Shown here: piece by piece, positions 14,493 through 25,341 of the stretch | Numbering within the stretch: the first letter of the stretch is position 1 | Layout: each line of letters begins with the position of its first letter | Assembly: GCA_965226375.1 (NCBI GenBank) | Contig: CBDDCX010000007.1 | Span: forward strand, 608,001-672,000 | Length of the DNA stretch: 64,000 bases | From: Longimicrobiales bacterium | GTDB lineage: Bacteria; Gemmatimonadota; Gemmatimonadetes; Longimicrobiales; Gaopeijiaceae | Direction: 5' to 3' | Translations under genes and position numbers: made by a program | The notes under the pieces: model-generated | Database searches by the model: none | The model's input: only the letters and a program-made list of their open reading frames with translations | Told to the model about the DNA's origin: nothing

Positions 14493-15120
14493 CCGCCGCC
14501 GCCGCCACCGCCGCCGGTGACGGACCTTGCGCAGGTGATGGGGGTGGGGGTCGTCCCGGGCAACGCGCAGCTGGTGGTGACCTGGACGGCGGTGTCCACC
14601 GCCACGGGCTACACGGTGCAGTGGATGTCGAGCGGACAGGGCTACAACATCGGCGACCGGCAGGCCACGGTCACGACGGGGTCGACCACGCGCTACACGA
14701 TTCCCAGCCTCACCAACGGCACGGAATACACGGTGCGGGTGATCGCGACCCGAACCGGCGCCGACGACGGCCCGCCCTCGGACGAGATGACGGGGACGCC
14801 GAGAGTGCCGCCACCCGCCGCCGCCGCCACCGCCGCCGGTGACGGACCTTGCGCAGGTGATGGGGGTGGGGGTCGCCCCGGGCAACGCGCAGCTGGTGGT
14901 GACCTGGACGGCGGTGTCCACCGCCACGGGCTACACGGTGCAGTGGATGTCGAGCGGACAGGGCTACAACACCGGCGACCGGCAGGCCACGGTCACGCCG
15001 GGGTCGACCACGCGCTACACGATTCCCGGCCTCACCAACGGCACGGAATACACGGTGCGGGTGATCGCGACCCGGACGGGCGCCACCGACGGCCCGCCCT
15101 CGGACGAGATGACGGGGACG
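14493..15120 (+). repeat. Near-identical tandem FN3 units, each preceded by a poly-Pro (CCG)n linker
   Basis: VTDLAQVMGVGV..GNAQLVVTW..GPPSDEMTGTP encoded twice (about 14518-14798 and 14839-15120). Confidence 0.9.
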
Positions 15121-16993
15121 CCCTTCACCACGCCGGAATACGGCGCGCCGCAGCACCTGCGGGGGGAGCCGGGCGACGCACAGGTGACGCTGACCTGGGA
15201 TGCCCCGTCGAGCGATGGCGGGTCCGCGATCCTCCGCTACGAGTATGCGATCGACGACAGCGGGACTTGGATCGACGCGGGCCTCGATCTGGAGGAAACG
15301 GTGCCGGGCCTGACGAACGGCCAGCAGTACGCGTTCGAGGTGCGGGCGGTGAACAGCGCCGGCCCCGGTGCGCCGGCGAGGACGGCGGCCACGCCGCTCG
15401 GCATGCCGAGTGTGCCCGAGTCGCTCACGGCCACTGGGGGCGACGGCGAGGTCGTCCTGGAGTGGACCGAGCCCGCGGACGATGGCGGCTCGCCTGTGAC
15501 GGGCTACGAGTACCGCTACGCCGCAGGCCAGGCTGTGCCGGAAGACGTCACCTGGCGGGACGCGGGCACCGAGCTCACGGCGACGGTCTCGGGGCTGGAG
15601 AACGAGACGCGCTACACGTTCGAGGTGCGGGCGCGCAACCGTGTGGGCCCCGGGGAGACATCGGGGACGACGGCCCTGCCGCTTCGGCTGCGGGCGGAGC
15701 TGTTCAGCTCGGCGGCGACGGAAGGCGAGGCGCTCGTGGTTGGGGTGCGCCGGAGCGGGAGGCTCACGTTTCCGGCCCACGCCTACATCGGCGTGACGGA
15801 CAGCGCGTTGCCTGGCGTGACGGCAACGGACGAGGGGCGCGACGACGGGCTCGGCCGCCAGCGTCTGGAGTTCGCGGCGGGCGCAGCCGAGTCGACAGTG
15901 ACGGTCACGGTGGCCTTCGACGGCGAACGCCGGCAGGACCGGGTGCTGAGCGCGACGCTCGATTCCGCGGAACTGGAGGTCGACGGCGTAAGGCGGCCCT
16001 ATGAACTCGTCACGCCGACACTGGTTGTTCCGGTGACGGAGGGGGACGCAGGGCTGTCGGTGGCCGATGCCCGGGTGCAGGGCAAGAGCTCGGTGCTGGC
16101 GTTCACGGTGAGCATGGACCGCACGCGGGACGTTGCGGTGCGGGTGGACTACGCGACGGAGGACGGCGCGGCGCGGGCGGGAGAGGACTACACACCGGTC
16201 TCGGGCACGTTGACGATCGAGGCCGGCGGGCGGGAGCGCACGGTGGAGGTGCCGGTGCTTCCGGCGCTGCACGTGACGGGCGAACGGACGCTCACCCTGA
16301 GGCTGTCGAATGCCGTGAGCGCGGTGATCGACGACGGGGTGGCGACGGGCGTGATCGTTCGCGAATCGGAGCTGCCCAAGGCGTGGCTGGCGCGGTTCGG
16401 GCGGACGGCGTCGGACCACGCGGCGCAGGCGATCGCGAGGCGCCTCGAAGCCGGGCAGCGGGAGACACAGGTGACGGTGGCGGGCCGGCGTGTGGACGGC
16501 CTGTCGGTGGACGGCCTGCTGTCGGGGGTGCTGCCGTCGGGCGGATGGAGGCCGGCTTCGGCTGTTGAGGACATGGCGACCAGGCTGGCGGCGCCCGCTC
16601 TGGCGGCTTCGGGCGCGCCGTTCGGCGGCGTGGACGCGGATCCCGGCACCCCTGGCCTGCGTGCCGGCACGTGGGGTGGGGCTCCGGGCGCGTTGGACCG
16701 GGAGCCTTTCGCAGATGCCGGGCAGACGCTGCGCCGTGCCGTTCTACCCGACTTCGGGTTCCGGCTGCCGGGCGCGGAGGAAGCGCTCATGGGCACCTCG
16801 TTCTACGTCGAGCGCGGAGCGCAGCAGGACGTGGGCGGCGGCACGTGGGCGGCGTGGGGCGACGTGGCGGCGACGCGCTTCGAGGGGGACGCGGGAGGAC
16901 TCGCGCTCAACGGCGACGTGGTGACGGGCACGGCGGGGCTGGACCGGCAGTGGAGGGCGGTGCTCGTGGTCAAGTCGCTCCTCGATGCTTCTG

Positions 16994-18164
16994 TTAGGCT
17001 GCCTTGGCGACCTCCTTCGGTTCGAGAAGCGTGAGATCCAGGTAGCGACGTTCGCTCCAGGCCGCAGTAGTCCTTAGAGCAACCGCAGTGATGAGGCGGA
17101 GCGCGCTGGCTCGGTCGGGGAAGGCGCCGGCGCTCCGGATCCGACGCTTGATCTCGGTGTGCAGGCGCTCGAGGCTGTTCGTGGTGCGCAGTCGGGCCCA
17201 GTGCGGGCTCGGGGAACGCGTAGAACTGGGTGGCGGCCGTGAAGCCCCGCTCAAGCACGTTGACTGCCTCGGGGAGCTCCTTGTGCCAGCGCGCCGTGAT
17301 CTCGGCCAGGCGCTTCTTCGACTCAGCGAGCCCGGGGGCCCGGAAGACGGCGGCAACCTCGCGCGCCACACGCTTGCGCAGGCGATGCGGGACCTTGGCC
17401 AGCACGTTGCGTTGCAGGTGGACAGTACAGCGCTGGCAGCGCACCTCGGGCAGGAAGCGGCGCACCGCGGCTGCCAGGCCCGCGTGCTCATCCGCGATCA
17501 CGAGCTGGACGCCGCTGAGACCACGCTCCAGGAGTTGCTCGAGGAGCTCCGACCAGCTGTTCTCCGATTCCTCAGGGCCCAGCGTGATGCCCAGGAGCCG
17601 GCGGTGGCCGTCCGGGCCCACGGCGTAGGCCACGAGCGCGCTCACGTTCTCGACCTTTCGGGCCCAGCGGGCATCGAGGAACGTCGCGTCCAGGCAGGTA
17701 GGGGTGGGCCCCTCGATGGGTGCACTCCGCAGCGTTTGCACGCCCTCGTCGAGCCGCTTCGCGACCCGGCTCACCGTCGAGCGTCCCACGCGCTCACCCA
17801 TGAGTGCCTCGGTCACGTCGGCGCTGGACACGCCGCTCACGTAGGCCTCCACCATCATCGCATCGACTTCTTCACTCCTGCGCTGGTAGCGACCCATCAC
17901 GTCGGCGGGCGAGCCGCCTTCCCGGCTGCGCGGGACCGTCACGTCGATCTGACCCAGGCTCGTAAGCAGGCGCCTCAGATACGTCCCGTTCCTGTGGCCC
18001 TTCCGGCTGCCGACCCGCTCGAATCGTCGCGCTCCGACCATCGCCTTCAACTCCTCCTCCAACACCATCTCGAGCGTTAGCCGGATCGCGCCCTGAAACA
18101 GCGACTTCAAATCCTGACGCAGCTCGTCTTGCGTGGCCCGCTCAACTTCGACCATCTTTTCCAT
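16994..18164 (-). pseudogene. IS256 transposase (frameshift near 17210)
   Basis: HRNGTY, LDATF, IADEHAGL, QRCTVH, RTTNSLER motifs split over two frames. Confidence 0.88.
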
Positions 18165-18254
18165 GAGGAAGCTCCTTGTTCCGGTTCCGACCTGCTCACG
18201 CAGGCCGGACTCCCGGGTTCATGTGATGATGAACAATTCACAAGGAGCTTCCTC
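18165..18254 (-). promoter_or_regulatory. Structured 5' leader sequestering the transposase RBS
   Basis: 15-bp perfect IR GAGGAAGCTCCTTGT/ACAAGGAGCTTCCTC closing directly before the ATG; three internal hairpins. Confidence 0.7.
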
Positions 18255-19889
18255 TTTCTTTTCCGGGCTGTCCACCCTCCTCGGACGCCCTCACCCCCTT
18301 TTACACAATCTTAGTGACACTACCGGTGCTCGTCGGGCTCGCGCTCTCGAGAAGCAGCGGTGAGGGAGGGTATGGCACGGGCGCGGGGACGATCGCGAGC
18401 ACGCTCACGAGTGTGCATCCGTACGTGCAAGTCCGGCTTGGGGAGCGCGCGCAGGTGTGGGGCGCGGCGGGCTGGGGCCGTGGCGGACTCGAGATCACGC
18501 CGGAGAGCGGGGCCGCGCTCGAGGCGGACCTGAGGAACTCGATGGCGGCGGCGGGTGCCCGGGCGGTGCTCATGGGTGCCGGTGCGCTCGAGATCGCGCT
18601 GCGTTCCGACTTCCTCTGGACGGAGACGTCCTCGGACGGGACCGCCGCGCTGGCGGAGGCGGTGGGCACGGCGAGCCGCGGGCGGCTGATGCTCGAGGGC
18701 GCGGGCCAGATCCAAGGGCTCGGAGGCGTCGTGCGTCCCAAGGTCGAGGGCGGCGTGCGCTACGACCGGGGGGACGCGGAGACCGGACGAGGATTCGAGG
18801 TGGGCGGCGGACTCGACTGGGCCCGGGGATCGCTGACGCTCCAAGTCAACGGGCGGATGCTCGTCGCCCACGCTGACGAGTCCTACGAGGAGTGGGGCTA
18901 CAGCGGCTCGCTCGTCTACGAGCCGGGCGCCGATGGCCTGGGTCTCCAGATGCGGGTCGGATCGAGCGCCGGGGCGGCGGCGAGCGGCATCCGGAACCTG
19001 TGGGCGCTGGAGAACGCCAGCGGCTTCGTGCGCGGGGGCGCCGTGCCCTTCGCGCGACGCTTCGACGCAGAGGTCGGCTACGGGCTCGGGCGCGGAACGC
19101 TCTGGTATCCCTACTTCGTCGCCGACGATTCCGGCCGGACGAGGTACGGCCTGAAGCTCAGCTCGGGCCGGAGGATGGGCGTCGGCCTCGAGTTCGGGCG
19201 AAGGGAGAGTGTGGACCTTGGGCCCCAGGACGCGATGCTCCTCCGGGGGGAGCTCAGGTTCTAGCGGCCGGCGCTCTCCGAAGTGAACGCGACTCGAGGG
19301 ATGCGTCCGTGCCGGCGTCTACGGTATGGCGGGGTTCGTGCGCGTGGCCCCCGCCCCGGCGCTCGTGGCCGGCGGCGGGCTCGCCTTCGCCGAGTCGGCC
19401 CTCGACCACGCCGAGCTCAAGATCCCGAATGTCGCCCTGACGCCCGGGAGAATCCCTAGACAGCGACATCATCCCAGGCTGCAGTCGCAGCATTCGGTAA
19501 CCACCGGCGCAACACCGCCATCAGCTTCGCGGACGACGACGTCACCTAGGGCCACCGAGGTGACGCTCGCGGTCGCGTCCGGAACAGAATCCCGCATCGG
19601 TTCGCCTGCTGCCGCGATGGCCGTCCGGCATCTGGAACGCGGCATCCTCCACTCGTGCGCTCCAACACTCTCGGCTCTCCCGTGGCGTCGGCTTCCGTCC
19701 CGGTGCCCTGAGGTGGCCGCCCCTGCTCACATCGACGTGATGCGCCGAGCTGTAGCCGCGCCCCGCGACTCCCCGGCCAGCCTTCGAGTCACCTGGACGC
19801 ACCCTCCGGGACAATATCGGGTCGTGCTCGGACGGACGCCGCCGTCGGCGTGCGGATCTTCGCAGGCCGCGTCCCGACCGGTAGGCGCC

Positions 19890-20195
19890 ATGGAGACGCT
19901 GACGAAGCAGTTCGAATCGCGAGTGGGTGCATCCCTCGAGCGCACGGGCCTGAAGCCGTCGACGTTCGGCCTGCGGGCGGTGGGCTATCTCAACCCGGTG
20001 CGTCAGCTCCGTCCTGGCCGATCACCGAGACTGGCGATGGCCTGCCAGGTCCCCGTGTTCATCGAAGCCTGCCGCCGGGCCCATGTGGCCCCTGTTCCCT
20101 CCCCCGGGGCAACGCGCCCCGGAATTCTTCCCCGAACAGAACGGAGGCAGACCGATGACCAGAGCAATGGAACAGGGCATGGACGCGCCCGCGCG
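19890..20195 (+). pseudogene. Degenerate copy of the Cro-like/AlpA module
   Basis: METLTKQFESRVGASLERTGLKPSTFGLRAVG..LRPGRSPRL parallels the ORF at 20876; MTRAMEQGMDAPAR parallels MSEQPIEQRTNPPIR. Confidence 0.6.
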
Positions 20196-20507
20196 CAGTT
20201 TCTGTTCGGGAAGAACGCTTTGTTCGGCCGGAGGATCAGCCAGAAGGAACAAGCCCAAGACGCCCACGACCAGGAATCCGATGTGCTCCGCCCGCCCAAA
20301 CGCGAAGCTGGATTCCTCCGACGACAGCGCGGCGATTGACCATGCTGTGATCCCCGCGAACGCCAGACCGAGACCTGCGCGGATGAGCTGGCCGAGACTC
20401 CGAATCCACTCCGCCACTTCCTCTTCCTCCGCTCCGAAGATATCGCGGATGAGCTGGCCGACGTTCCGAGCCCACGCTTTCTCTCTCCGCGTCACAAATC
20501 GAGCCAA
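20022..20507 (-). CDS. Possible small membrane protein
   Basis: Two hydrophobic segments (GLGLAFAGITAWSIAAL; IGFLVVGVLGLFLLA); 3' end runs into the relic module. Confidence 0.35.
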   Translation of the reverse strand: MARFVTRREKAWARNVGQLIRDIFGAEEEEVAEWIRSLGQLIRAGLGLAFAGITAWSIAALSSEESSFAFGRAEHIGFLVVGVLGLFLLADPPAEQSVLPEQKLRAGASMPCSIALVIGLPPFCSGKNSGARCPGGGNRGHMGPAAGFDEHGDLAGHRQSR

Positions 20508-20794
20508 AAATATAAGAGTCGTCCTGTTCGGAGCGACTCTCGAAGCCCTTGATCCGTTGCCGCGGCAGGCCCGGCATCCCGCTCGGCGACCGCCCCGCGC
20601 CCCGGCATGTGAAACCTGTCATTTCCGTGTGGGCGACGCCAAGTCGGCCGTGCCCGGGCCGACCTTCCGGTCGAGCCTCGCACCCCACCCCCCCGGCCTC
20701 GCATCCCCTGCCTCGCGGGGGCGTGCGCCACTGCACTGGCGGCGGCCTCCAGAGCCTCCCGGACAACGTCGGATAACTACGTGCACCACGGACA

Positions 20795-20820
20795 CTTAGG
20801 AGATTTCCTAAGAGTTGACT
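20795..20820 (+). promoter_or_regulatory. Palindromic operator adjacent to a -35-like hexamer
   Basis: CTTAGGA-GATT-TCCTAAG followed by TTGACT, about 55 bp upstream of the Cro-AlpA ORF. Confidence 0.5.
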
Positions 20821-20875
20821 TCCTGGCAAAGGCCCCTTCAACGTTACGGGCCATGACACGGTTGGAACGGCTCTC

Positions 20876-21400
20876 ATGCAGACCCTGGAGGAGCAATTCA
20901 ACACACGGCTGAACGCGTTTCTGGGCAGCACGGGCCTGAGGCCGACGACGCTCGGCATGCAGGCGGTGGGCGACCCGAGCCTGTTACGCCAGATCGAGCG
21001 GGGACGCTCGCCGTCGCTCAGGACGGCGGACCGGATTCTGGCCTTCATGGCCGCCTACGAGCAGGACTCGGGCGGCGCGAGGGCTCCGCCCGGCCGCCTG
21101 GCCGGGCCGGGGCCGGCGACGCGGGGGAGGAAGGCGAACCGGAGCAGAGCGATGAGTGAACAACCGATCGAACAGAGAACGAACCCGCCGATCCGTTTCC
21201 TGCGGATCTCGGCTGTCGAGGCGCTGACGGGCCTGTCGCGGACCACGATCTACGACTGGTCGGCACAGGGGCGCTTCCCCCGGGCGGTCCGGCTGAGCGA
21301 GCGCGCGGTGCGCTGGATCGAGTCGGAGGTCGAGGAATGGATGGATGACCGGATCGAGCAGGGCCGGGGCGGGGACGCCTCGGCGGCAAAACACAACTGA
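20876..21400 (+). CDS. Cro-like HTH fused in frame to an AlpA-family excisionase/regulator (internal ATG 21152)
   Basis: GDPSLLRQIERGRSPSLRTADRILAFM plus FLRISAVEALTGLSRTTIYDWSAQGRFPRAVRLSERAVRWIESEVEEW. Confidence 0.85.
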   Translation: MQTLEEQFNTRLNAFLGSTGLRPTTLGMQAVGDPSLLRQIERGRSPSLRTADRILAFMAAYEQDSGGARAPPGRLAGPGPATRGRKANRSRAMSEQPIEQRTNPPIRFLRISAVEALTGLSRTTIYDWSAQGRFPRAVRLSERAVRWIESEVEEWMDDRIEQGRGGDASAAKHN

Positions 21401-21419
21401 ACCCCAAGGAGGAGAGAGA

Positions 21420-21707
21420 ATGAGAACGTTGTCGAGAACGCTGCAAGCGGCGGCCTGGGCCACGCTGTGGTTGCTGTTCCCCGGGGTGCTGTGGGCTCAG
21501 GGGACGAGCCCGTGGGTGGAGGCGGTGAACGAGCTGCAGGCGCAGTTCACGGGTCCGATCGCGCGGGGGCTGTCGCTGATCGCGATCGTGGTGGGCGGGC
21601 TGATGTTCGCGTTCGGCGAGGGCGGTAGCAAGCGGACGCTGGCCGGGATCATCTTCGGTCTCGGGATGGCGATGGGCGCGGCGAACTTCCTGGCCTGGCT
21701 GTTCTGA
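21420..21707 (+). CDS. virB2: TrbC/VirB2 pilin
   Basis: Signal peptide, SPWVEAVNELQAQFTGPIARGLSLIAIVVGGLMFAFGEG, two TM segments; strong RBS. Confidence 0.85.
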   Translation: MRTLSRTLQAAAWATLWLLFPGVLWAQGTSPWVEAVNELQAQFTGPIARGLSLIAIVVGGLMFAFGEGGSKRTLAGIIFGLGMAMGAANFLAWLF

Positions 21708-22009
21708 TGCGGGGTCTGAGGCGCTGGGCCGGCTATGCGGCGCTGAACCGTCCGCTGACGATCCTGGGCGTGGAGCGTAGGGGGTTTCTCCTCGTCGCGA
21801 CGCTCGGGCTCGCGATGTGGAACGCGACGGCTTCGCTCGTGACGGGCGGCGTGGTGTTCGCGGTGGGCTACGGGGCCGGGTGGCTGGCCGGCCGCAAAGA
21901 CCCGGACATGCTTGGCGTGCTACGGGCCGGGACGCGTTACCCGGCGCGGTTCGACCCGGGCAAGTGGGCCGAAGAGCCGTGGCATCTCGTGATCCGGAGC
22001 GGGCGATGA
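21707..22009 (+). CDS. virB3: VirB3-family T4SS protein
   Basis: ALNRPLTILGVER, TM segments, KDPDML; translationally coupled. Confidence 0.82.
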   Translation: MRGLRRWAGYAALNRPLTILGVERRGFLLVATLGLAMWNATASLVTGGVVFAVGYGAGWLAGRKDPDMLGVLRAGTRYPARFDPGKWAEEPWHLVIRSGR

Positions 22010-24454
22010 GGATCTCCGCGGAGCTCCGGGACCACGAGGCGGCCGGCTCGCTGGCCGAGGAGCTGCCCTACTGGGGCTGGCTCGAGGACGGCCGCACCTG
22101 CCTGACCCGCACGGGCGAGCTGATCGCAGCCGGGTGTCTTGCGCCTGCGGTAGTCGATGGGCGTTCGCCCGAACAGATCGACCGCGTGCTGGGCCGCTGG
22201 CAGCGGTTGCTCTCGGGTTTGGACGCTGACACGCGCCTCTACTTCTATATGCTCCGCCGGCCAAGTCCGCCCGAGGCCGCGGACGACGAGGGCTCCGGCA
22301 TCGTAGCGGTGTCGCAGCGTAAGCGGAGTGCGTTTCTGGCTCGGGCCGCGTGCAGCGGCTCGAAGCCTATCTGGTCTGGTCGCACGATCCCCGTCTCCGG
22401 GCGGTCGCCGACGGGCCAACATCGGGAAGAGCGTCCCGGCTCATGCAGTGGTGGAAGCGCCGCCGAGGGGGCGCGCCCACCTACCTGCGGTCCGAGATCG
22501 AGGCGGCCGCCGCCCGCTTTCGCGCGACGGTGGACGCGGGCCGGGCGCTCGTGGAGGAGCACACGCCGATCGAGATGCTCGAGCCCGCCGAAGCCTCGCG
22601 GCTCCTCTCCGAGCTGATCAACCGTCCGGGCACGATGTGGGACGGCGCGACGGGGAGCGGTATGAACTGGCGGCTCGCCCTCTCGGAGCTCGAGGCGGAG
22701 CGCAGTCACCTGCGCCTCGACGGCGAGCCCGTGATCCTGTACTCGCTTCTGTCGCCACCCGGACAGACGCGGGCGAACCTGCTCCAGGAGCTCTACTGCC
22801 TGGACGCGGTGATGACGGTCTCGCTCGAGTGGCGGCCGTGGGCGATGGAAGCGGCCCGGCGCCGGATCCGTGGCGCGCAGCGCCACTACTTCGCCAGGCG
22901 CTACTCGATGATGGCGCATGTGCAGGAGACGGAGGGCACGGCCGCCGCGATGGTCGACTCGGCCGCGGCGACGGAGTCGGACCGGCTGGGCGAGGCGCTG
23001 GTCGAGCTGGAAGCGGACGGCGTGAGCTACGGCGAGGCCACGCTGACCGTGGCGCTCCACGGCGAGCTTGGGAGCATCGAACGTTTGGACGGCGACCTCC
23101 GTCGACTCTTCGCCGCGCACGACGCGAAGGTGATCCGGGAGGGTTACGGCCAGCTGCCGGCCTGGTTCGCGCGGCTCCCGGCCCAGCCTCGCGGGCGGCA
23201 GGTGCGGAAGGTGTTCGTGTCGGCCGGCGTGGCGGCGTGCCTGGCGCCGCTGTTCGGGCCGCCACGGGGGACGCGGCTAAGAGCCGTCACCTTGGCCGTG
23301 AGTCGCTCACGGTCTTGGAGACCCCGTGGCGCACGGCGTACCACTACGACCTGTTTGCCGGTGATGTGGGCCACACGCTGATGCTCGGCGCGACCGGCTC
23401 GGGCAAGAGCTTCACACTCAACTTCCTCCTGGTCGAGGCGCTCAGGTACGACCCGCGCGTCCTGATTCTGGATCTGGGCGGCTCCTACCGTTGGCTGACC
23501 CGGTTCCTCGGGGGGCGCTACCTGGAGCTGTCGCCCGGCGAGGCGGAGCCCACGCTCCGGCTGCAGCCGTTCGCGCTCCCGGCGGGCACGCGGACGTTCC
23601 AGTTCCTGACGGGCTGGGTGCTCCGGCTGCTGAAGCTCGGCGGTTGGGAAGCGAGCGGGGCGGATACGAGCGAGATCCGGGCCCGGATCGAGGACCTCTA
23701 TGCGTTCGAGCCGGAGCGGCGGACGCTGAGCGTCCTGGCAAGCTCGCTTCCGTCCGCGACGTGGCCGGCCTGGAGCCGTTGGATCGAAGGCGGCGCCTGG
23801 GGCGCGTACTTCGATAACCCGGCCGTCGGAGCGCCGGATCTCGAGTTCGCCGACTGGCAGGTGATCGATCTCGCCGGCGCGGTCGAGCATCCGGATCTCT
23901 GCGACGCGGCGCTCTCCTACCTGCTCGAGCGGATGCGCCTCGAGGTGGAGGATCCGTCCGAGGCGACGCGGCTGAAGCTGATGGTCGTGGACGAAGCCTG
24001 GCGCTACCTGCAGGACCCCGCCGTGCTGAACTACCTGGCCGAGGCGGCGAAGACGTGGCGGAAGAAGAACGCCGCGTTGATCCTCGCCACGCAGTCCGCC
24101 GTGGACGTGACGGCAACGCCCGGCGCTGCGGCGCTCCTCGAGTCGATCCCGACCAAGCTGTTCCTCGCGAACCCGGAGCTCCCCGACGCGGTCGGGGCGC
24201 TGTTCCGGCTGAACGAGTCGGAGCTGGCCCAGGTCCGGGGCCTGATCCCCAAACGCGAGCTCTACCTGCGCCGCCCGGACGGGGCGGCGGTGCTCCGGCT
24301 CGAGGTCGATCCGGAGAGCTACTGGCTCTACACCTCGTCCGCATTGGACGCCGAGGAGCGGGCCCGGGCCGTCGAGCGTCACGGACTCAGCCGGGCCCTC
24401 GAGGTGCTCGCGAGCCGAGACGATCCCACCCCCACCCCCAACGCAAGGAGCTGA
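22006..24454 (+). CDS. virB4: VirB4 ATPase (apparent frameshifts near 22345 and 23280)
   Basis: GHTLMLGATGSGKS Walker A, LMVVDEAW Walker B, KTWRKKN, ATQS; joined from three frames. Confidence 0.88.
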
Positions 24455-24460
24455 TACGCC

Positions 24461-25341
24461 ATGCGATCCCCGACTACACCCCTCGTTCTAATTGACGCTT
24501 CTCTTGGCGGCGCTTCCCTGCCGGGGCTACCGCCCAGCAGGCGGACGACGACCAAGCGTTCCTCCGAGTGCCGGTCCCGGAGGAGGGGGAGGACCGGATC
24601 CACCGGCTCCGCACCCAAGTCCGTCACACGACGGTCATCGTGCTCCCCGCCGATGAGAACATCCTGGATTTCGTGGTCGGCGACTCGGAGTACTGGCACC
24701 TGACCGGCGCGGCGAATGTCGCGTTCCTGAAGCCCCTGCGGCCGGACGCGGCGACGAACATCGCGCTCGTATGCGAGTCGGGGCGGATCTACTCGTTCCT
24801 GGTGGCCGAGCAGAGCGCCGAGGAGAACGAGCGACCGCCCCATCTGGTCGTGCGCTTCGAGTCCGGAGCAGAGGCGGCGCGGCTCTCCGGCGGCAGCGGC
24901 CGTCCCGCGTTCGTCGCGCGGAGCGAGGTCGCGGCCTACCAGCAGATGGCCGCCGAGGCGGCCGAGGCCGCGCGGAGTGCCCGGGAGGCGGCCGAGGCCG
25001 GCATCCTGGAAGCCCGGACTCAGGCTGAGTCGGCGATCGAGGAGTTCCGTGCCGGCTATCCGGAGCGTCTCGCCTTCGAGTACCGGCTCGACGGGGACGC
25101 GGCGGACCGGCCGTTCCTGGTCGAAGCGATGTGGCACGACGGGCAGTTCACCTACCTCCGGTCCCACGCCCAGGAGTCGCCGGCCCTCTATGAGCTCCGG
25201 GACGGCGAACCGGCGCTCGTGGCCTACGATCTGACGGAGGACGGGCTCTACGTCGCCCGCCATGTGCTGGCCGACGGGTGGCTGCAGATCGGCGACAAGC
25301 GGGCCAGCTGGCGGTTCACGCCCAGGGACGGGCTCCGATGA
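24461..25341 (+). CDS. virB9: TrbG/VirB9 outer membrane core protein (frameshift in signal region)
   Basis: TTVIVLPADENILDFVVGDSEYW, AFLKP, TNIALV, MWHDGQFTYL. Confidence 0.8.

Larger units (their letters stand above)
16968..18324 (-). mobile_element. IS256-family element with 9-bp target duplication
   Basis: GGTGCTCGT at 16959-16967 and 18325-18333; left end GGTAGTGTC; removing it restores QWRAVLVGLALSRSSG. Confidence 0.93.
10629..19264 (+). pseudogene. Giant repetitive surface adhesin/autotransporter (Ig-like repeats, FN3, SwmB-like, Calx-beta, C-terminal beta-barrel); 5'-truncated, frameshifted and IS256-interrupted
   Basis: ORF pieces 10962-~14815, 14839-16967 and 18325-19264; repeated TGAPAITGTA..YQWVRVD modules, FN3 motifs, VDYATEDG..AGEDY, terminal ...LRGELRF. 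Confidence 0.85.

Noticed and set aside
13322..16419. Long Arg/Gly-rich alternative-frame and antisense ORFs over the adhesin (similar ones overlie virB5/virB6 and susC/susD)
   Set aside because: Low-complexity off-frame translations overlapping well-supported genes.
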